From positions 1 to 64,000 of the forward strand of contig CAVQFQ010000008.1 in assembly GCA_963711835.1 (NCBI GenBank): a stretch of 64,000 bases of DNA, read 5' to 3'. This document shows positions 58,305 through 64,000 of this stretch, in pieces (within the stretch, counting starts at the first letter, position 1; every line of letters starts with the position of its first letter). The notes below the pieces were generated by a model. The model did no database searches. It saw only the letters and a list, made by a program, of their open reading frames with translations, and was not told where the DNA came from. The position numbers were made by a program, and so were the translations under genes. This stretch comes from an uncultured delta proteobacterium. GTDB lineage: Bacteria > Desulfobacterota > RBG-13-43-22.

Positions 58305-59549
58305 TTAATTCAGTTCCTTCTCCTGAGGAAAAACCGGCAAGTAGCGATAGGATAAAGAGATGATCAGGGCCCCGTAGGCCAGGATGGCAAAGGTCGGGGC
58401 CCACTCCTGCCAGGTCGGCCAATAGGTCGCAAAGCGATCAAAGGGCATAACCGGTATGGCCAACGTTACTATGGTAAAGACAAATCGGTTAAAGACAATA
58501 CCGGTACAATCCAGCAGACAGGCAAAGGCCAGCCAGCCGGGGCTCAGGCGCACCTTCTTACTCAGCAGCAGGAAGGCCGGAAGAATTCCAAACACCCCCA
58601 GTTCCGCGACCACCAGCCAGAACCCGTAAGGGCTCCGGTACTGATCCATAAAACGAAGCCCTCGGGAGGGAAGGAGAGAGGCTCCCCAGTAAATGGTATC
58701 GATAAATTTCAGGATAAGATAGACTACCAACAATCCGCCGGCGATTTTACCCAGCAGGGCCAGGACTTCCTGTTTGACTAATTTCTTTCCGCTGACTTTT
58801 TCCAGGATGGAGGTAATCAGGACCGTAAAAGCCGGGCCGGAGGCAATGGCCGAGGCAATGAAAAGAAAAAAAGTCCAGGGCCAGATAAAAAACCCGGTCC
58901 GGTAAGCGAAAGGACGGGCGAACATAACCCCGTACATACCGCCCAGGGACCCCTGATGGAAAAAGGACAGGAAGGTCCCCGTCCCGGCGAAGATGAACAT
59001 CAGGTGATGCAGGTTATGGGCGAAATAGTGGGCCCCGGGATTGGTGTTGATTTTCCTGTTTTCCAGGACCAGGGGGGCATATTCGATGGTCAGGACGCCA
59101 AAGTAAAGGGTGATACAGAACATCACTTCGGTCAGCATAGAGTGGACGTTGGGATGCCAAAAACCGAACCAGGCCCGCAGCGGTTGGCCGATATCAATGG
59201 TCAGGATGAGGAGCGCTCCGCTGTAGCAGATGAACCCGATGATGACCGCAAAGTTGATAATGGCTTTTAACTCTTTCTTACCCCAGATATAGGTCAAAAA
59301 ACCGGTAAAAAACGCCCCGGCACCCAGGGCAATAATAGCCAGGTCAAAAGTGATCCAGAGGGCAAACCCGAAATGATCGTTCATATTGGTCTGATTCAGG
59401 CCTTTCCAGAGGACCAGGCCGGCCCCGGCCAACCCCCAACCCAAGACCAGAAGTAAAAAGAATATCCATCCCGAAAATTTAAACAGGGAACATCGGGATA
59501 CCCCTTCCGGTATAATGGCACTGTCCTGCGGCATCACTGACTCGTTCAT
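58305..59549 (-). CDS. qrcD: Menaquinone reductase membrane subunit QrcD (NrfD family)
   Basis: DIGQPLRAWFGFWHPNVHSMLTEV, HQGSLGG, multiple transmembrane segments. Confidence 0.92.
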   Translation of the reverse strand: MNESVMPQDSAIIPEGVSRCSLFKFSGWIFFLLLVLGWGLAGAGLVLWKGLNQTNMNDHFGFALWITFDLAIIALGAGAFFTGFLTYIWGKKELKAIINFAVIIGFICYSGALLILTIDIGQPLRAWFGFWHPNVHSMLTEVMFCITLYFGVLTIEYAPLVLENRKINTNPGAHYFAHNLHHLMFIFAGTGTFLSFFHQGSLGGMYGVMFARPFAYRTGFFIWPWTFFLFIASAIASGPAFTVLITSILEKVSGKKLVKQEVLALLGKIAGGLLVVYLILKFIDTIYWGASLLPSRGLRFMDQYRSPYGFWLVVAELGVFGILPAFLLLSKKVRLSPGWLAFACLLDCTGIVFNRFVFTIVTLAIPVMPFDRFATYWPTWQEWAPTFAILAYGALIISLSYRYLPVFPQEKELN

Positions 59550-59594
59550 AGCTTACCTCTTCCTCAACGGATGTTGGAAATCGATGACCTTCTT

Positions 59595-60362
59595 TTAGGA
59601 AACTTTTTTAAGGCCTTCCTTGGTTAAATAATTATCTCCTTGTTTACGGATCCAATCCTGGGTAGTCAGGTAATAGACCTTGGGCTGGGTTCCCAGTTTC
59701 TCCAGGAGTCTGAAAGCGGTTGGGCTTTTGCTTAGTTTGGCCACCTGAGTCTGGGGATCCCTGAGATTGCCGAAATGGATGGCTTTGGTCGGACAGGCCT
59801 CGGCGCAGGCGGTTATGTATTCCCCGTCTTTCAGATCACGCCGTTCCTCCGAGAAGGCCTTATCTTTGGCCCTTTGATAACGATGATTGCAGAAGGTGCA
59901 TTTATGGGCCACCCCGCGCATGGCCACCGAGACATCGGGACTTAAATAATTTTCCAGGCCCTTTGGGTAGACCGGATCCCACCAATGAAAGTAGCGGACA
60001 TGGTAAGGACAGGCGGCCACACAGTACCGGCAGCCGATGCACCGGGGGTAGATCTGGCTGACCACCCCTTTTTCGTCGATCTTGGTGGCATTGACCGGGC
60101 AGACCGAAACACAGGGGGTATGGTTCTGGCAATGCATGCAGGGCCGGGGCAAATAGGCAATCCGGGTCTTGGGAAAGGCCTGCCCGTTATTCAGGCGATA
60201 AAGCCGCATCCAGGTGCTGGCCCGGAGCCGGTCCGTCTCATCATCCCGAAAAGCCACATTGTTTTCAGCCATACAGGCCACGGCACAGGCCCCGCAACCG
60301 GTACATCGCTCCAGGTCGATCACCATGCCATACAATTCTTTTCCGACTGGTACCTCTTTCAT
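59595..60362 (-). CDS. qrcC: Menaquinone reductase iron-sulfur subunit QrcC
   Basis: Four ferredoxin-type Cys clusters (CTGCGAC, CMHC...CVSVCP, CIGCRYC, CTFC). Confidence 0.92.
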   Translation of the reverse strand: MKEVPVGKELYGMVIDLERCTGCGACAVACMAENNVAFRDDETDRLRASTWMRLYRLNNGQAFPKTRIAYLPRPCMHCQNHTPCVSVCPVNATKIDEKGVVSQIYPRCIGCRYCVAACPYHVRYFHWWDPVYPKGLENYLSPDVSVAMRGVAHKCTFCNHRYQRAKDKAFSEERRDLKDGEYITACAEACPTKAIHFGNLRDPQTQVAKLSKSPTAFRLLEKLGTQPKVYYLTTQDWIRKQGDNYLTKEGLKKVS

Positions 60363-60371
60363 TGGCTACCT

Positions 60372-62675
60372 CTACGCTTTCTTGATTTTTACACGAGTGG
60401 GCCGGGGGACTTCCAAACCGGTCATCGGATCCACGGTCGTGTCTAACATGGGATATAGATTGGCGCCCCGGTTTTTCAGGGTCGGGTCAAAAGCCTCATG
60501 CCCCAGGCCCAGGGCCGCAAAAATCACCTTGGGCATGGCGCCTTCGAATAAGGCGATCCGGACCTTGGCCTTACCCCGGGCGGATTGAATTTCCACCACC
60601 TCCCCTTCCCGCAAAGAAAGGCTTTTGGCCGTTTCAGGATGGATCTGGGCTACCAGATCATTCCGGGTCAGGGTTTCCTCCCCTAAATATTTGGTCAGGA
60701 AGGGAGGGTTGGCCCAGTAGCCGGCTTGGAGCAGCATAAGGGAGGAAGGCACCAGAAGGAGCGGCGACTCCTCAGGCGATTCGCCGTGGGCCTGAACTGA
60801 TTTATTTTGGCCGGCCTGGAAGACCCCGGCCGGAAAAGCGGCTTTGGTCTTACCTGCTTCACCTTTATCTTCAAGGTGGTACCAGGTTCCCTGAGCCACC
60901 AGTTGTTCCCAAAACTTATCAAAGGATTCGAAAGAGGCCGAATTGTACTTCCCGGCTTCGGGTAACGGTCCATCGGTCAGGCGCCCCTTCTTCATTTCAT
61001 AGACCCCCTTGGCGGCCTGCTTGACCACAGCTTCCATGCTTTCAAAGGGTAAGGCCTCCTGAACCGATCCCCCCAAGGCCTTGGCTAAGGCAATAAAGAC
61101 CTCTCCGGCCGGTCTGGTTTCATGCAGAGGCGGTAGAATGGGTTTGGTAATCCCATAGACCGGGAAGGGAACACCTCGGGAGTTGTACCCGTCATCCCAG
61201 CGCTCCAAAAAGGTCGGGGCCGGCAGGATCAAGTCGGCCAGGGCGGTCGTCTCGTCCATTAAAGACGAGAAACTGACCAGATAAGGTATCTGCTCCAGGG
61301 CCTGCGCAAAATACCCGCCTGTTAGGGAGAAGGCCGGGTTGGCTTCATTGATCAGCAGGATATTCACCGGGTAAGGGGTCTTTAGGGCGGCCTTGGCCAA
61401 AAACTGGTTAAGCAACTGGCCGCTTAAGGGATATTTCTGGGAAGAGGCCCCATCCAGCCGGGCTTGGGAAAGCCCTTTCTCGGCCAGACTATCCAAACCC
61501 AACTTGGGCCATTGGGCAGGAGAAAGTCCCTCCTGGAGATAGACCCCTCCTGGTTTATTGATGGAACCGACCAGGAGATTCAGGGTGTGTACGGCCGCGG
61601 CATCAAATAGAGAACAAGGCAGTTCCCCTTTGCCCTGGCCCCAGACGGCCAAGGGTTGTTTGGCCGAGGCGAAATCCCGGCTTATTTTTAGAATAGTTTC
61701 TTTCGAGAGGCCGGTCAGATGGGACACCTTTTCCGGGGTGTATTCTTTAAGGACCTCCTGCAGACTATCCAGTCCGGAGGTCCGGCCTTGGACGTACTCC
61801 TTGTTATACCAACCCTTTTCAATCATCACCTGGGCCAAGCCTAACGCCAGATGGCCTTCAGTTCCAGGTTTTACGGCAAACCACTCATCCGCCAGAGAGG
61901 CTGTAGTCGAGGCCAGGGAATCGATCTGAACGAGCTTAGCCCGTCCCTGGGCTGGAGTTTTTCGCCACTCCTGATAGGCCTGGGCCACCCAGGTGGGAGT
62001 CCCCCAGCCATCCAGCAGGGCGCTTCCGAAACTCAACAGGTATTGGGCCCGGGGTAAATCATAGGCCAGGCCGGCCCGGAAGCCATGCATGGTTTGGGTC
62101 AGGGATTCTTCCAGGTCAGCCTGCTGGTAGGGGCGGACCACATTGGGTGAGCCATAGGCCTTTACAAACCGGGACATCAGCAGGGCTTGGCTGCCGCTGC
62201 CTTGCCCATCCAGGAGGGCCAGGGTATGGGAGAGATTATTTTGGCGCAGTTCTTTCAAGTGAAGCGTCAATTCTCCCAGGGCTGCCTCCCAGGATAGGGG
62301 TTTCCATTCCCCTTTACCTCGGGCCCCGAACCTTTTTAAGGGCTGTTTGACCCGGATATCCTCATGGTATAAATATTGGAGGCCCGCCAGACCCAAGGGG
62401 CACAGCCCCCCGCGGTTAACCGGATGATTGGGCTGACCCTCAATTTTGATAGCCCTTTTCTTTTCGATCAGCCGGACCCGGATCCCGCAGTTTCCCGGAC
62501 AGAGTTTACAGGTGGAATTCAGGTAGGAGGTCCCGCCTTTTTCAGGGATGGGCGACCAGCGCTGGCTCCATTTGGCCACCTCGTCCATGGGTACCCAGGG
62601 CAGGGGAGAAAAGAGGGTCCCTACGGCCCCTCCGATCGCAAACTTAAGGAAATCTCTTCTATCGACTATTGGCAT
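60372..62675 (-). CDS. qrcB: Menaquinone reductase molybdopterin-oxidoreductase-like subunit QrcB
   Basis: Tat signal DRRDFLK; CKLCPGNC...GGLC; operon context. Confidence 0.88.
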   Translation of the reverse strand: MPIVDRRDFLKFAIGGAVGTLFSPLPWVPMDEVAKWSQRWSPIPEKGGTSYLNSTCKLCPGNCGIRVRLIEKKRAIKIEGQPNHPVNRGGLCPLGLAGLQYLYHEDIRVKQPLKRFGARGKGEWKPLSWEAALGELTLHLKELRQNNLSHTLALLDGQGSGSQALLMSRFVKAYGSPNVVRPYQQADLEESLTQTMHGFRAGLAYDLPRAQYLLSFGSALLDGWGTPTWVAQAYQEWRKTPAQGRAKLVQIDSLASTTASLADEWFAVKPGTEGHLALGLAQVMIEKGWYNKEYVQGRTSGLDSLQEVLKEYTPEKVSHLTGLSKETILKISRDFASAKQPLAVWGQGKGELPCSLFDAAAVHTLNLLVGSINKPGGVYLQEGLSPAQWPKLGLDSLAEKGLSQARLDGASSQKYPLSGQLLNQFLAKAALKTPYPVNILLINEANPAFSLTGGYFAQALEQIPYLVSFSSLMDETTALADLILPAPTFLERWDDGYNSRGVPFPVYGITKPILPPLHETRPAGEVFIALAKALGGSVQEALPFESMEAVVKQAAKGVYEMKKGRLTDGPLPEAGKYNSASFESFDKFWEQLVAQGTWYHLEDKGEAGKTKAAFPAGVFQAGQNKSVQAHGESPEESPLLLVPSSLMLLQAGYWANPPFLTKYLGEETLTRNDLVAQIHPETAKSLSLREGEVVEIQSARGKAKVRIALFEGAMPKVIFAALGLGHEAFDPTLKNRGANLYPMLDTTVDPMTGLEVPRPTRVKIKKA

Positions 62676-62743
62676 TTTCCTGTTCCTCGTTTTTTTGCGG
62701 ATAATTTAATGACCTTGATTAGGATGATCCCGGCCGATTCCTT

Positions 62744-63322
62744 TTATTTATGGCAGACAAAACAGGCATTGCTCTTGCCCTTTTTTTCGTGACAGGCTTC
62801 GCAGGTCTCCATCATCATGATTTCCGGGGCATATCCGGAGATCCACTTGTACGTATAAACGGGATTGCGGTCGGTTTTACCGCCCACCGCTTTATGGCAT
62901 TCCTTGCAATCCATTTTAGCCATTTTGACATGAGCGGCATGGGAGAAAAAAACATTATCCGGCTGCTGGGAATAGATCAGCCAGGGGACATTTTTATTTG
63001 CCTTCTTCAGTTTTTCAGCCATCTTTATGAAATCGGCCTCTTCCTTGGAACTGCCCTGAGCCGATTCATGGCATTCCAGACACTTGGCTAAGGCAGGGAT
63101 ACCGGCGTAACTGCCGTCATCCCTGAAAAAGTGGCAGTCCTCGCATTTCACCCCGGCCCCTTCGCCGTGTTTCAGATGACTGAAGTGGACCGGCTGGACC
63201 TTTTTAGAATGAATGAGACCCGGGAAGATAAGCCACCCCAAGATCAGTGAGGCAATCACACCCACCCAAAAAAATATCCATCTGCCTTTGGCCTTACCCT
63301 CTTTTTCCATTTCTTTTTCCAT
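62744..63322 (-). CDS. qrcA: Menaquinone reductase multiheme cytochrome c QrcA
   Basis: Transmembrane anchor and five CxxCH motifs; SQQPDNVFFSH. Confidence 0.92.
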   Translation of the reverse strand: MEKEMEKEGKAKGRWIFFWVGVIASLILGWLIFPGLIHSKKVQPVHFSHLKHGEGAGVKCEDCHFFRDDGSYAGIPALAKCLECHESAQGSSKEEADFIKMAEKLKKANKNVPWLIYSQQPDNVFFSHAAHVKMAKMDCKECHKAVGGKTDRNPVYTYKWISGYAPEIMMMETCEACHEKKGKSNACFVCHK

Positions 63323-63377
63323 AGACTCCGCCCCGATTGTGATTAGGAAACCTGTGTTTCGTTAGCTCATTCCTCAA

Positions 63378-63434
63378 AAAATAAAAAACCCGACGGGATC
63401 CTTTAGTCGTGGTCTAAAGGTCTCCTCGGGCTTC
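63378..63434 (-). terminator. Terminator-like hairpin in the qrcA leader
   Basis: cccgaggagacctttag...ctaaaggatcccgtcggg followed by ttttttattttt. Confidence 0.5.
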
Positions 63435-63583
63435 TCCCCTTTTTAAGTCGACCCAAACTGTTTTTTCCCATGGTTTAGACTTAAAAGTTCCCCTTACGGA
63501 TATTTTGAGGCTCCACTACAATAATAAGGGGTTTTTACTTTTTTTTTCGGCCAGTTGTCAAGCAAAATTTTCATTAAAAAAAT

Positions 63584-63918
63584 CGGGATAGGCCCAAAGT
63601 TACGTGATTCTCATATCGGAGTGGTAGCTACTTAAAATATTAATTCACCCCAAAGGGCTTCGGGGGTCTTGAATTCAAGGATTGTCCGCCAAAACGCCGG
63701 CAGCCTGAACCCGGGCAGGAAGTTTATAGGTGAGTTTAGAAACAGGCCAGCTCCAAAGTCCCGCCTCGGCGGGATGAATGCCCGGCTCCCAACCAACTTA
63801 GAAATTCGGGCCGGGTTGGGGCTACGGATTACCTTTCGGACAACCTTGAAATCAAGACCCCCGAAGCCCTCGAAGATTGGAGTGCTTAAAAATCACGTAA
63901 CCTTGGGACAACTTCTAA
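63584..63918 (+). mobile_element. MITE-like nested-palindrome element, long form
   Basis: Terminal repeats cccaaagttacgtgatt/aatcacgtaaccttggg; inner repeats gggcttcgggggtcttga...tcaagacccccgaagccc. Confidence 0.8.
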
Positions 63919-64000
63919 AAACAGGCGGACTACCCCCAACCCGGAAGGGTCCGGGTGGTGAGCTGATTCATGGCCGGCAGCTCCGACAGGGACTAAATCC

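Noticed and set aside
16538-63091. Numerous antisense or overlapping ORFs inside core genes
   Set aside because: Shadow frames of GC-rich coding sequence with no motifs
63921-64000. GC-rich structured sequence at the window edge
   Set aside because: Truncated; no match to tRNA, tmRNA, RNase P, 6S or riboswitch motifs that I can support

Overview
Chromosomal window from a Desulfobacterota-like (deltaproteobacterial) anaerobe, inferred from qrcABCD, nrdJ and the type IV pilus genes. Bases 1-16.1 kb are an accessory region: a frameshifted IS5-family element sits inside an ORF-less group II intron, followed by seven co-oriented toxin-antitoxin-type pairs, a broken alpha-L-rhamnosidase and an exopolysaccharide export operon. 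Nearly every unit here is separated by a composite repeat (9-nt CACGGAT arrays plus a covarying hairpin). A GxxExxY gene remnant ends inside one such repeat, and a four-helix-bundle gene is enclosed by inverted 7-nt arrays. Bases 16.5-63.3 kb are mostly core genes (phoU, M16 peptidases, mpl, trxC, tatD, nrdJ, ogt, recN, csp, pilD/fimT/pilW/pilX, sppA, rpsA, cmk, hisC, ihfB, large SRP RNA, pilMNOPQ, qrcABCD). Their intergenic spaces carry orphan repeat arrays and five members of a nested-palindrome MITE-like family. All calls come from motif recognition by eye; no database searches were run.
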